Below, piece after piece: positions 44,901 through 59,393 of a stretch of 64,000 bases of DNA. This DNA is from Eledone cirrhosa. Its lineage: Eukaryota. The translations under genes were made by a program, and so were the position numbers. Positions within the stretch are counted from its first letter, which is position 1. Each line of letters begins with the position of its first letter. The DNA is taken from the NCBI GenBank assembly GCA_964016885.1, contig OZ024746.1:18228001-18292000 (forward strand), in the 5' to 3' direction. The notes beneath the pieces were generated by a model that was given only the letters and a program-made list of their open reading frames with translations, did no database searches and was not told the origin of the DNA.

Positions 44901-47900
44901 ACAACTATACTATTAGCTAAATATTAGTTATTGTTCTAGTCTGTATTTGAAGGAAAAAATTTGATGTGCATCAAACTTGAAATATAGAATTAGTGTGTTT
45001 ATTAAGACAATTAAGGTACTTACTTCATGTCAAAAGTTAGAGATTTAGGAAGGGGTTTCAATACAGGCAGCTCAGTGCCACCTTTACTTCTTGAACGTCG
45101 ATGAGTTGGAGTAGCAGGCTTTTCTTTTTCACTTTCTGAACTAACTGCATCTATTGTAAAAGTTTTTAAAAAATAAACTTTAGAAAAACACTAAAAAAAA
45201 AACAAGACACCCTGGAGTTTATTCCTGTTGTTCTCAAATCTGAAAAATCAAAACATTTTCATTTGAGTATAATTATACAATTGGAAGTCATTACAAATCT
45301 TATTTATGGAATTTTAACAAAAGAACTGAAAAAATTACTTTCCCATCATAAAATGAAAATACTATTGTAATGAAGTTTTATTTTTCAGCTATCATTTTTC
45401 AGAACATCTGTTGAGTCAGTGTTATTGTATGGATCAAGTACATGGAACCTGACATAAGTACTTGAGTCAGTGTTGTTGTATGGATCAAATACATGGAACC
45501 TTACACAAGCACTTGAGTCAGTGTTGTTGTATGGATCAAGTACATGGAACCTGACACAAGCACTTGAGAAGAAACTAGATGGTACATACACTAAAATGCT
45601 GAAGGTTGTACAAAACATAAACTAGTATCAAATGTATTACAAATGAAAGTTTATATGGAAACTTGCCCAAGATAACAACTACAATTGCTGAAAGATAGTT
45701 ATGATTTGGAGAACATTGCTGGAGAAGTATGCAGGAAGTTATACATAAGTTATTATTGTGGGAACAAACTCATGTGGGATGTAGTAGAGGAAGACTTGCT
45801 TGAATTTTCATCGATCAACTCTCAGACAAAACAAACCTCAGTAACAAGCTGTAGCCCAGAGCAATGGAAAATTGTGAATTGTGGAGAGATTTGTCAGGAA
45901 TGTTTGACTGCAGTCACAATGATGATCTTGTTTTGAAACCAGTTACATTTAATCAACTTGTCATGGACATTGTTTCTGGAGTGTGTATGTTGTAAAATAA
46001 TTATTTAACTAAAAATCTTCACTTTTAATATTGACACTACCAACATTCCTCCCTCCCACCCCTTTATAAAGAAAAGAACACAGGTTCATTATAAACAAAG
46101 AATGAAGAATAATCATGTCCAAATTTATAATTGACCTGTTTTTTCTTGGTCATTTCAGATTAACATTAGTTCTAAAAAGTATAAAGTTTGTCTCAAGCGT
46201 GGAGGCTAACGAGGCTGGTGTTTATCCTAGTTTCCATGGAATTAAGCAACTGAGAGTACAAGTCTCCCCTATGGACAGGGTGCCACTCCATCACAGGGTT
46301 AAACCCCTAGCTATTGCTGGTACACATTTTTCATCTGAATAGACTGGAGCAATGTGGAATAAAGTGTTTTGCTCAAGAATACAATACACAGCCCAGTCCA
46401 GGAATCAAAACCACAATGTTATGGTCTTAAGCTCAACACACTAACCCCTAGGTCACTCGCAAGGAGCAATTGATATGGATATTTTATGAAAATAGTCCAA
46501 TCATGAGAATTGAGAGAACACGATATGGAAAAAATGGTTTTAACATGTCAGTAAGAGTTATTGATAGGTGATAGGTAAAAAATTGATTGCAGTGAACCTG
46601 GAATGATAAAGTCTTAACTAATTTTCAAGAAATCAGAGTAACAAAACATTGCCTTACAAATAAAGATAGATGATATTTTATGTATCTGATAAAAATAGTG
46701 TAAAAGAAGAATAACAAAAGGAAAAGACATTGAAAAGAATCGTTCACCAAAAGTTGATGTTTCTATTCCTATTAACAGACAAAAAAGAATGTTTATCAGT
46801 TATTAAAAACATACTGCTATTAACATAATGTTACAGAAGCTAATAAAATGTTATTTTTTGTTATTGTTATAATTTGCTTGTTGGGTAGTTTAAATGCGTG
46901 ATGAGAGGAATTAAATTTTAATAGAGCTAAAAGTAATTGAAGCCAGCAGTTAAGGTGAAATCACATTTGTTATACCTGTCACATTGGAAGGGATTCTAAA
47001 GCAATAGATATATGCAGAAGGAATTCCACAAAAATATATACAGATATATATATATATAAAAAAATCATTGCGAAAGCAAAGATGACAAATGAAATAATAC
47101 AGATTGAAGAAGCTTGTTGAGGGGACATGAAAGAAGGTGTGTGATATCAGTAATAGATAGAACTTGTTTCATCTTGAAGCATCCCCCACCCACCCAACTG
47201 AATGTGAAGCATGCATAAAGTTCTTGTTCTAGACTTCCCAATCTCTCATTGCAGCAAAAGGATCTCATCCAGTGAGGCTAAGTTCTCTCACCAAAAGAGT
47301 CCTGATGGTTATATTTGGACATCCTATTCGGCACTTTGCATCTGGTGACCAGAGCAACAGTTTCCCAGCTGATTTATTATGGCGGGAAACATAACCAACT
47401 ACAGCCAAGCATCGGGATAAAACTTTCGATGAAACACATGGCAGATCACTATAAAGAACTTTATTGGAAGTGTGACTTTGCCACAAAATGATAGAACAAA
47501 AAACCCAAAGGTAACTACTTTCTACAACTGTACACATGTGATTATCAGTAGTTTTGGTAGTGTAAGCATTTTAAATGTTTACAACATTAAAAATCCTAAG
47601 ATCAAATATGCAGAAAAAGGAAAACTGTTCTTCAACAATTGTAGAGCATATCCTTCTCTATGGTTCTGAGAATTGGACTTTGCATTCCCATCTACAGAGC
47701 TGTTTAGATGAACGTTATACAACCCATCTGAGAAAGGCTCAAAATATTCCTTGACAGACCCATCCCGTGCTTAATCAGATATATGGAAAAATCCCAAAGT
47801 AAGTGCATGACTGATTGAACGTCGTACAAGGTTTGCTGATCACAGCTTCTGCACAAAAGATAAAATGGTTTCAGACCTCTTGTTGTGGGAGATCTCTACC

Positions 47901-50900
47901 GGAAAGCTCAGATACCAGGGTACCATAGCAAGAGACACTGGAATTGACTAAGATGATCTACAAATCTTGATGGGAAAAAAACTTGGCGCGAAGTGGTTGC
48001 TGTCTCACCTTAGGGCAATGGATAAGATAAAAGGAATATATTAATTGGATATTTTTACAACAAAAGTACATTCTACTAGAAACTTGCCAGAAGGATGACA
48101 TTAAAAGTCCCTGAGTAAATATACAGAAATGTACATTTGTTAGTGTACAATAATCTTAATTATCAGTAGTTTTACTTCCACTAAAACTAGTAAGATAAGA
48201 AGTTCATAGCAACTTTTTGACTACCATATATGTTAACCCTTTAACTAGTCAGGTACTACATGTTAGTACTACATTTATAGAACTTCAGTGCTGCCAGTTT
48301 CAATAAGGATCTTTATATATAAGGGTAATTTTCTAAGGGAGGAAACTGTTTTAAAAAATATCAGTTTATTACTGGTAGTATCTTTTTTTAAGAAAAGCAC
48401 ACTTAACTTTAAGAAAATTTGACCTCAAGAATGTAAAAAGAAAGTAAAACCAAATACTAAATGATACTTGGTCTGGTTCACTGTATCTCAGCTATTTCAC
48501 TGTTCTGTGACAAGTAAAAGAGAAGAGAAAAGTCCTGTAACTCCTGATGGAGATGTAGGGGTGCTGTAATGGCATACAGCGTTTCTTGGGCCTTTTAAGC
48601 TTGACAGAGCCCATCCTTCTCCAAGTCTGAACACATTAGATTTCTTCCAGAGAAGGATAGAAAGTGAGAGATATAGAGGAAGAATCAACCACAGTACTAA
48701 ACTGGTACTTTTTTTATCTACTTTGAATGTCTGAAAGGCGAAGTTGACCGTGGCAGGATTTGAAGTCAGAGAGCAGATTGCTGGAACAAATGCCACAAAC
48801 ATTATATCCGTTTTAACAACTGCCAATTTGTCACCAATGTGACAAGAAGACATTAAACCAGACAATGATGATGATGATGTTATAAATGTTGCTCACCACA
48901 CCAATTTTACTACTTTTCCAATATCATCATACAAAGCAACAAGTCTTTTCTTCTACTAATAAAAGATGATGATCATAAGTAAACTAGTAAAACTAAGAAA
49001 TAGGTTAATGGAAGTTGACAAGGGATTTAAGTTATTAAAAGAAAGCTGTTTGTTATGGCATGTAAGATAGTCAATTATTTGATAACTGATTGAGTTAAAG
49101 CTCTCTTATGAAGGAAGATATGACATTATTTACTTCTAAATGACAGAGCAATATATAAATTCTTAATTAAGATAACAAAATATTCTTATATTAAAATTAG
49201 ATCATTTATATACGAGGAGAAAAATGTAAAAACATTAGTGAAATTGAGATAACACACTGGTTGGGAAAAGATCTAAATTAGTCATTCCAAACAAGCAATT
49301 AACAATAATTTCAGATATCTATACAGAGATAATGTGAAGAGGTTTACTAATAAGCTATATACAGGATTGATAGTTACAGTGGAGCTGAAATTCTACATAA
49401 CTTTTACTAAGAGAAAGAAACATTCACAGTTTAACCAGATAGGTTGACATTCTCAGTATATGGGAGTTTGTGAAGATAGAAGTTTGTTTGTTTATCTACA
49501 GAAATGGACTTCGACAAAATAGTCTTTGTCATTCTAAAGAACCAGAGTGAATTACACACAACTATTCCCATACCATCTTCAAACTAAATATTGTGCTCAA
49601 CAACAGGCAAGCTGTTTGCAAAACATTGTGCAAGGAGTTACTTAGGATAGAAGAAGACAAATAAGAATGCAACGGCTAAGATTTAAAAACATGTTCACGT
49701 ACTAACAATACGTTTTCTCAGGATGAACCAGATCATTGCTGAAATATAAGTTGAAAGAAGTTTCTTATGAGTGTTTATTTATTGAAATTTTAATTTAAAA
49801 AACAAAGATGGATCACAGCATATCAGATTGTCAAACATTTGATAAATCAAATATTTATGTTATAAAAAAAATTTAAGTGATTTGTTTTGAAAGATTCTAA
49901 ACTATATTGTAGAATATACTTGAAAGTTTACAATATTATCAATAAAAAAATTATAACATTAATAATTATATTCTTTAAGTTATTTTAAATTGCTAGTCAC
50001 TTTAATCAACTAGTTTATAACATTTTAGATAATATAAGGGAAAACTGAAAAATAAAAATAGAAGGAACATCTTTGTTTTTTAGTAGAAAATTAAGAATGT
50101 TTCTTAAAGTATTTTAGAAAAAAATGTTTGCAGAAACAGTTAAGGGATTGCATATTTAGTGATTGGAATTAATGTAATGTAAAAACAATAAAAGGCGAAA
50201 AGTACTGTGATAACACACATTGATAAGTGGAATATGTTGGAATCAAGTTTTAATCTTAGCATTGGAAAAATATGACAATATGAAAATATACAGGGTTAGG
50301 AGGACCCTTCAGTTTATGTCCAAAGACATAACTTCTCTTCACTTGATAGAACGTATGACTGTACGTAGGATACAGACCCCTCGGCCTGTCTGGAAGATCA
50401 GTAGCCCCACTTCAGTACTGACAGTCTATATAGACCTGTCTAACCGTTGCTAACAGAGAAAGCAGACGTTAAATGATGATGACACAAGGTCAATAATATA
50501 GCAATATTATGATACCAACAAAGATAGTGATAATTAAGCTAACTAGTAATATCATGATTAAAATAATTGCTTCAGGACACTGAACTCTTTATAAAGTGGG
50601 GGAATTCCTGAAAGATAATGCAGCAGGAGAGATAGGAGAAAAAAACAACAAAGATGAGAATTGGTCTAAACCCAAATAAGGATAGTTGATACAATAGTTA
50701 TTTATAGCAATGTTGAGTAACACAATGTGTGCGTGTGTGTGTGCACAAGCATGTGCATGAACAAGTGTAAATTTCAGAATAAAGAAACTGTTATTGCCTT
50801 TAAAAGTGCTGATAAATATTGGACAAATGTATTTGTTGACAAGCAACAAGTTAGATTCAAGAGCAGATTAAACCAATGCAACTAATAATTGAGTATAGTC

Positions 50901-53900
50901 TACGATTATTTTTTATTGTGTAATGGAACTCTTATAACATTTTAATATATCTTAGCTTTTTGAAAGAAAAATCAAGACATAAAAATTGCTCATTAACGAC
51001 TTTAGCAATATTTTCCCAATCAAATTTAGAGCCAATCTAAAATAAAGACATAACCAACTCAATAAAAATGAAAATGTTCAAAATATAATCTTTTACTATT
51101 GTCTAACAGTATTGTAGTTCATATTTTGAAATCTTAAGATTCATGGCCTTAAAATTTAAGCAAAGCTAAAATTAAATGCCTCAAATCCAAACTTCTTTGC
51201 CCACTTATTCCCGGGAGAGGTGCAAACTTATAATAGTTAAAATACATATATCTAAAATTAAGAAAAAACTACAATGCTAATTTTAGAAAATATATAATTT
51301 GATTTACTTTAGTGCTAAAAAGAAGAATGTAAGGTAATGATCTCACTGATGGTAGAATGACATTGATTTAAGTGCTAAATTAGATAACCTTCTTACCAGC
51401 ATGAACTTCTCCATTATTATATTGAGAAGAATCTTGAATGGACAATGCAGGCCATAAATCTATGTAAAGAAAGAAGGTATTCCTACAAATAGTAGAAATC
51501 TATGAAATATCAAAGATCTGTTTTCTCAGTCAGTTGTTGAAATCTGTGTTTTAGTAAGAAATATATTTACTTTTGCAGGAAAGAAAATTCTTATCAAATC
51601 TCTAATTACTTAAATATGTACTTCATTTAATAACTTACCACCCAAAGAAGCCTTCATTTATCTTGTTATTTAATTTATTTGTATCACTAGAATAGTCTAG
51701 TAAAACAATTTAGTTAACCACTCAGCCCTGAAGTTTTGTTTTTTTTCTCAATTACAATGAATGATCTAAACTTTTAAGAATCAAAGAAGCTATTACCATC
51801 AACAAGAAAAAGCCACAAATAAATAGATCGGGAATGCATGAAGCGGACTGGTTACTATAACGGCTCCATGCATGCATATTTTAGACACATAGACCAGTTA
51901 GGGAAGAACACATTGATCATTCATTTTGTTTTGTTTTTACATTTGAAAAGCGGGTTATTGACCTGAAATATTAAATTGAAATATACTGGATAAAACATTA
52001 CTTTGTTTCATTTGATTTGTCATCCTTTGTCCTTTATATATTTCTACTGCATTGCACTGGATTTCTGAAACTTAGCAGTCATTTATTAAATAATATATAA
52101 ATTAGTATATAAAATAAACAAAATTTATTATTTTCACAAACAACACAAGATTTAGAGAATTCAATTTTCTGCAAGAAATGTGAAATTTTAAACAACATTG
52201 ATATGGACATATAACCAGTGTCAGTTACCTTTACTCATTCCAATAACACTGACAACGTTTTTACATCTGTATCACAGAATGACTAAAATAAAATCTTTTG
52301 TAACTTTTAAATTTTAAAGGAAATTGCTCCAAACTCTGCTGAACTGTAACAAAAATTCTCCTAAAAGTTGACAAATTTGAATAAAATACCCTCAGAAATG
52401 GAAAAAAAATGGTCAGAGGTATGTATTTTTCTCCACTGTTTTCCATTTCCAAGGGAACTTTTCCCATTTTTTTAAATTATTTACAGTAATTAACTGTTAT
52501 TATAGTCATTTGCATTGGGACAACTACATTTCAATATAATTTGTTTTTCCAGTAAAAAAGGTTTAATGATGATGATGATGATGATGATGATAGTGATGAA
52601 ATATCTTCTAGATAGTAAAAAAAAAATATGTTAGTAAATAAATTATAATTTTTACAAAAGAAAATAAATTTGAATATCAACACTTTTTTAATGGCTAATA
52701 ACTTTAGTTTGTAAACTAAATCGTTTCTAGAACAAATATGCTTCATTTCTGAAATATTGGAAAATTGATGGATTGTATAAAACACATTTAAAACAAATAT
52801 AGGTTTGTTTTGTTTTTATTTTTACTCATTGAAAATCTAGAACATTTTCTGAAAGCAATCAAAACAAAAATAAAGGAATAATAATTCTTGATATAGCCAT
52901 TGAAAAGAAATGGTTCTGTTAATGGTAATAATAATGTTGCTTCATTCTTTCACATTATCTCAGGCTGACAGCCATTCAAGTAATTTTACATATTTCTCTG
53001 CACTTTATTCTATTGAATGAAAGCATAGAAAATCTACAAGTAAAATTAGAGTGATCAACCAGCAAGGCATTAAAGTATCTGTTTTGATTTGTAATGTTTT
53101 AATAGCAATGTTTTAATAGTACAATGGTGTAATAATGCATTCCAAGCTAACTAAAATGGTTAAATTAATATTTCAAAAGTATCCTATTTGCCATATATAC
53201 TCATGTGTAAGCCAACCTCTTCCTGTTTTAAGTCCAAGAAATGGCTAAAAATTCAAACCCCATGATTAAACTGAGGCAGTTAATCAATATTATTTTTAAT
53301 TTGCATGGTTTTGTAAATTTCCTATGAGTGGAGAATATTTTTATAAAGTTTTAATATTTCGATATCTAAATTGTTTACAGTTAAGTTTTTGTTGTACAAC
53401 TCCATTACATAATATTTTAACATTTCATCTGTTTCAACAAGTTCCTCGAACATGTTTACTTCCTTTTAGCAGACAACAATATCATCTATACATATTAATA
53501 AATAGTCTAAGTTGACTATATTTATGATGCCTTTAAAAAGCTTGAAAAAACACATCTTGAGCCGATAGTAAAAAGAATACAAATATAGTAATTTATCAAT
53601 AGGTTCTCTCATTAACCTAAAAGGAATTTCATAGAATCTTTGTGTTCATCATCAATATATGTGATAAAAAGAAAGAACACATCATTCGTTTTTCTTTTGC
53701 TTTGCTTTTTGTTTTTACATTTGAAAAGAGGGTATAAGCCGGAAATATTATGTTGAAATATACTGGATAGGAAAAACATTACTTTGTTTTATTTGTCATC
53801 CTTTACCCTTTAAATATTTCTACCACATTGTACTGGCTTTCTGAAACCTATCAGTCATTTACTACGTATCTCATAATGCGTCATATTAATTATACTACTT

Positions 53901-56900
53901 TATAAAATATTTACATTTATTATGCAAACATACATTTCAGTTATAACAAATGAACAAAATTAAAATCAACAGTGTATGTTTAATAATTGTTTCTACTTTC
54001 GGCACAAGGCCAGCAATTACCCAGTACATTACTGGTACTTTATTTTATCGACCCCGTAAGGATGAAAGGCAAAGTCAACCTTGGCGGGATTTGAACTCAG
54101 ATCGTAAAGGAACGTAACTATGCTGGAAAGCATGGCGTCCAACCCTCTACCGATACTGCCAATCCAGTGTATGTTTAATAATGATTTAAAACATGTTTAA
54201 AGAAACAAGAAATGGGAATTATTAAAAAAAACAAATTTAAAAAAAATTATAAAAAATACAAACATATTTAAATCAATTAGGAATATAAAGAAAACATTGT
54301 CATCAAACTGGTAGAAGTGAAGGTGGAGAAGTGCATGTATCGAAGAGAAACGGAATAGCTATGTAGTAAAAGCAAAGGTGAAGAGGATAAAATGGTGGTA
54401 TATGAAAGAGAATTAGAGGTAAGTAGATCTGATCAACAGTCGATTGTGAAAGAAAGGGGCAAGATTGGAAATGGGCAGATACGGATTAAAAAAAGAAAGT
54501 AAGTAATGTAGACTGAAAAGAGAAAAAGAGAGGCAAGTAGGGAAATTGAAAGTAATTAACAAGTATTAATTAGTTGGTTAAATACACAGCTAGCAATGTA
54601 AAGGTGTGAGCGTATCACCATGACAACTGGCAAGCTTAGGTTAGGCAAACAACATGCAGAATGTTTGGCATTGACATATCAATTTAAAAGCAAATTCTGA
54701 GCAGAAAAACACACACAGAAGTAGTGACTCTGCTGAAGAGGAAAGGTTAAAATGGTGATATCTGAAGAGGTATTTTTGTATATTATATATCATATGTATA
54801 TAAGATACAATGGTGCACTTACTTCCAGCATGAAAGTCAGCAACAGGTGGTGTCAAAAAGTTCTTAAGGTTCGTGGAATTTTGAAGCAGACCCGGTACCA
54901 ATGTTACCATTTGAGTAGCTGCCACCTGCAAGGTGCCAGCAGTGGCCGCTGATATCCGAAGAAGTGAATATTACACAAATTAACATTTGAAAAATAGGTC
55001 AGTGAGGAAGAGGAGGAGGAGGAGGAGGAAGTGCTGTGAAAATTGCTTGCTTTTAGCATTTATTGCAATGTTGTATTGATGGGTTTGAGTCATTGTAAGT
55101 GAAATTATTGAATATTTTTTAACCAACTGGAACAGTAAACTCAGATTCAGCAGTAAAAGTTAATAGTAAACTAAAGTATTGCTCAGTTAATGACCGCTAT
55201 TTCTTGAGAGCCATCAAGTTGAATTTGTATTGATTATTGATAGCAAAGATAAGACACTGTATGGCATAAATAATATATAGAGTGTACTGTGATTAAACTT
55301 AAGTTGATAAATGATTAAACTTAATGCTGTTAAAGTAGCTAATAACAAAGACCCTTCTATTGTTTTACTAGCAAATATTTCTAAGCTATTACAAAATTAG
55401 GAACCATACAAATTTAGGATATGGTACCTGAGGCCACAGCCCGACAGATAATTTGATTATTCCTGCATGCATTTCCATTTCTGCATCATATAAATATCAA
55501 ATTTTATCATTTCTACAGAACAGTTGTTTTAATTCAATGATTATAAACAATGTTTCTACTTCCATACCACCTTTACACTAAGCAATACATACCTGAAGTT
55601 ATTGATAAACGTTTGTTTATTAGACATATGAGCTACATACTGAACAGAACAAAACTACACCTAAATAGCTTCAATTTTAACATTACTGATTTTAACATAG
55701 TGTCATATAAAGCAACTTACTCCTACTGAGCGTGTTGAATCAAGTTAATTCTATTTAGTTTTTACTCAGTGGAGGAGGGAGCTGTATACTATGATGGGAT
55801 ATTTTGGGTTCTATTTTTTAAAGTGATTTGAAACAAACTGGATATGTCACATTTAAAATATTTGATAACTTCTTGTTTTTAAATTACATTTATTGCTTCA
55901 GTGAAATATAATTAGTGCAACTTGTGATGTGAATTGTGCAATAATAGTAACATCATTATGTGATCATGCACAGAGATGCTATAAAATAGGGTGAAGGCCC
56001 TTTAAAAACAGAAAAAGAAGTTTCAATTGGTCACTATGAGAAATCAAACCCCATATTCCTTTAGGAATATGGGGTTTGATGGCAACTTCTTTTTCCGTCT
56101 TTAAAAGGTCTTCACCCTATTTTATAGCATCTCTGTGCATGAGCATATCATTCTTTATATTAACTTTATCCCCTCAGCGCTTTGTAAAATTCCAAGACAT
56201 TGGCAATGTATACACAGCTATTATTAATATTTTTTGTCTTTGTTTGTCATAATTCAAAATACCAGGAACACACTGGTGTCGATTTAATTGACTTGCCCTT
56301 TCCCCAAATTTGTAGGCCTTGTGCCTAAATCAAAAACCATTATTACTTCATTGAATCTATCATTTTTGTTTCTATTTCAGTAAATTATAATTTTTTCCTA
56401 AGTAGGAATGTACATGTGTGTATGTTGTTGTTTTTTTTATCCTGTTCTTACTTCCTCCCTTCCTTATTTTTCAAATCTACCCAGTGTTCATCTCTATTGA
56501 CCTCCCACTAACACGTCCTTCTTATTGCTTCCCATCATCACACCCCACTCTTCACTTCTATAACAATTTTCCTCAGTCATACAACTCCCAGTCTCCTTAT
56601 CCAGCACCACTCCTAAACAACTTATCTCTATCTGAGGAAGGTTTCTGCCCAAATGTTAAATTTCATTTTCCACATGACAAACATTTATCGCACTGTCAAC
56701 TCTTTCTACTACTATTTGCCAACACTATTTTACTATATCATTTTCTAAGTAAAATATAAAACTTGCAGATAATGATTATAAAATGTTTTTAACTGGTTAG
56801 TACTTTCATTACACATTTTATTTTAAATTTAAAAAAGTTTTAAAAATAATAACAAAAAATCAAAAAGAAAATCAAAGAAAATAAATAACAGAAAAAAAAA

Positions 56901-59359
56901 ACATTTTCTTTTTCACCATATCAAATTAATAGATTATTTGTAAACAAAACATAATATATTTCATCCAATCATTCATTAAATTCCACAAATAAACATTTGT
57001 TGTTCGGGTTATGGATTATATACAATCATTTAAAACTATGAGGGTCAGCTGACTATGAGGGAGTTATGTTAGAGCTGTGAAATCTTACATGCATTAATTT
57101 CAACTCCTCTTATTAATAACTACATTGTTTTTTTTCAGGGACTATGTTGGAAAATAAACCTCATTTCATCATTCCATGAGAGTATCTTGGTCAGCCTATG
57201 AACTTTTCATAGAAGGAATTATTTTGATGAGAAAATATCTGTTAAGCTAGCACAGCCTTCTGTCATTAAGAAACTGTAGAACAACAAATAAAAATGTATT
57301 ATGTTGTTATTAATGTCCACACAATAATAGTCCATTTCTCTTTCTTTAAGAAGTAACAAAATAAATGGGTTTAGTGTAGAGCAGAGAATCAGAAATCATC
57401 AACATTGAGTTGTTTCCAATTGTAGTGCTGCTATTCAACTATATCTATAAAGCCTATTCAATAAACTGACTGGTCAGAATAAACTTAAATAAACTACAGT
57501 GTTACCACATCTCAGAGTGAATTGGCAGAGTCGTTAGAACATCAAAATGCTTTACAAAGTTCGTTTCGGCCCTCCGAGGTCAACTTTGCCTTTCATCTAT
57601 TCGAGGTTGATAAAAAAGTACCAGGTTAGTACGGGGGGTCAATTCTTCCTCTATATCTCTTTCTTACTCTCTATATTTCTCTGGAAGAAATCTACTGACT
57701 CAGACCTGGAGAGTAGATGGGCTCTGCCAGATTTTAAAATGCCCAAGAAACACTATGTTAATATGGCGCCCCTACGACTCCATCAGGAGTTATCGGTCCA
57801 TACCATAACATACCACATTTCTATATTAATCCATATATTCAGGCACACAGTATTATTAATAGAAAAAGTTTTTAAAAATATTTTAGTTAGAATTTTAGAT
57901 GTATCAAATATCTAACAAAGCATCAAATAACAGTTATATAATTAAGTTAGAAGAAAATGCTGCCATGCACAAATGGCAGGTAGCACTCCTGAAACATGCT
58001 CCTTCGTCAATTGACTAACTGCAATGAGCATGCAAGTCTCAGTTGCATTACTTACTGCAGAGAGGGAAATATGTATCCATTAGTGCTTTCAGTTCGTTGA
58101 AACCATGGCTACTTCTCTTTCCTTGAATAGCACAAAAACACTATTAAAAGTCTAACTCCGTAACCAAGAAAAGTGGGGAAAGATTTGTCACTGTATTTTT
58201 GGTCCCTTTTAGCTATTTATTGAAAATACATTTAGGTCAAGAAAGGAGGGGAAAAGTTTATCATGATATTTGTTGGCCCTTCTTTTTTACTTATAAATAT
58301 AGCTATTGCAAATACATTCTAAAAAATATTTCCCCAAAATTTTCTCTGATTAAAATTGAAATGACTGAAATTAACTCATTACAATCAGTAATAATTTATC
58401 AGAACATATCTTATAAATAGGTTGATTAATTCAAATGTTTATAGTATCTTATCAAGTTGACAGATTGTTGTGAAAATTTGCAGTATTAGAATAAAGACAT
58501 TTTTTTATGTGATGTAGTCATAGTGCTGTTTAGTATTTTTCGAGAACGTCTTTCTAATGTGGTTTCATATGGTAGAAGACATTAAGAGTTCAATAAATGA
58601 AAAAAAAAGATGAAGATGACAAAAATTGAAAATTAACATTAAAATGTTAAAAATCAATTAATAGTAATTCAGAATTCCACACTAATTTGATCACCTTGGT
58701 AGCAGAAGCTATCAACTACTTCTATAGAGCCTTTTCCCATCTTGTTCTCTGCCTAGTTACTATGATCTCAGTGCAACATTCTCCAATACTAATTTGATCC
58801 TCTTGGTAGCAGAAACTATCAACCAGTTCCTAAGATTGGAAAATGTTTATTTTACTGAGGTTCCTATTACCAACTATCCCTGTGCATCTGCCACATACAA
58901 AGTTTACCGTTTCTGTTAGTCTACCTGCCCTTCCACTACTGTATCCAGGATTCCAATATTTATATTGTGTACATTGTTTAGAGTTACTACCTAATTCTTT
59001 TCTCTAAGCAAGGCCACTTCCCTGAAGAGATCAGGTTCCTGTCTTCTTTCCTGCTTACCAAAACTTTGGTTTTTCCCAAGTTTACTCTAAGCCCATTTTG
59101 ACAAAAAGTACTGTTCCAAAGCTGGAATTTCTTTTCTAGCTCTTACATAGATTTGGCTATAAGAATCAGACCATCAACACACAGAATTTACCTCTGTTAT
59201 GGGCTGGAGAACTATAACAGGAGTGAAGTGAGGACTAAGTTTGATTTAACTACATAGCATTTTGGGCAAGTGTCTTCTACCCTAGATTCAGGTTGGCCTT
59301 TTGTTAGTGGAATTTGGTTGACAGAGACTGCAGAGAAGTCTATTGTATATGTATGTAAG

Positions 59360-59393
<34 letters not shown>

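Noticed and set aside
45413-45565. CRISPR-like regular repeats
   Set aside because: Units are contiguous with no unique spacers, encode LINE peptide, and the DNA is eukaryotic.
50558-50607. Strong minus-strand acceptor in the DENND5 intron ([16 protein letters not shown])
   Set aside because: No good donor before an in-frame stop; an alternative terminal exon cannot be supported from sequence alone.
55721-55750. 30 nt AG/GTAAGT-bounded segment
   Set aside because: Stops in all three frames and a purine-rich acceptor region.
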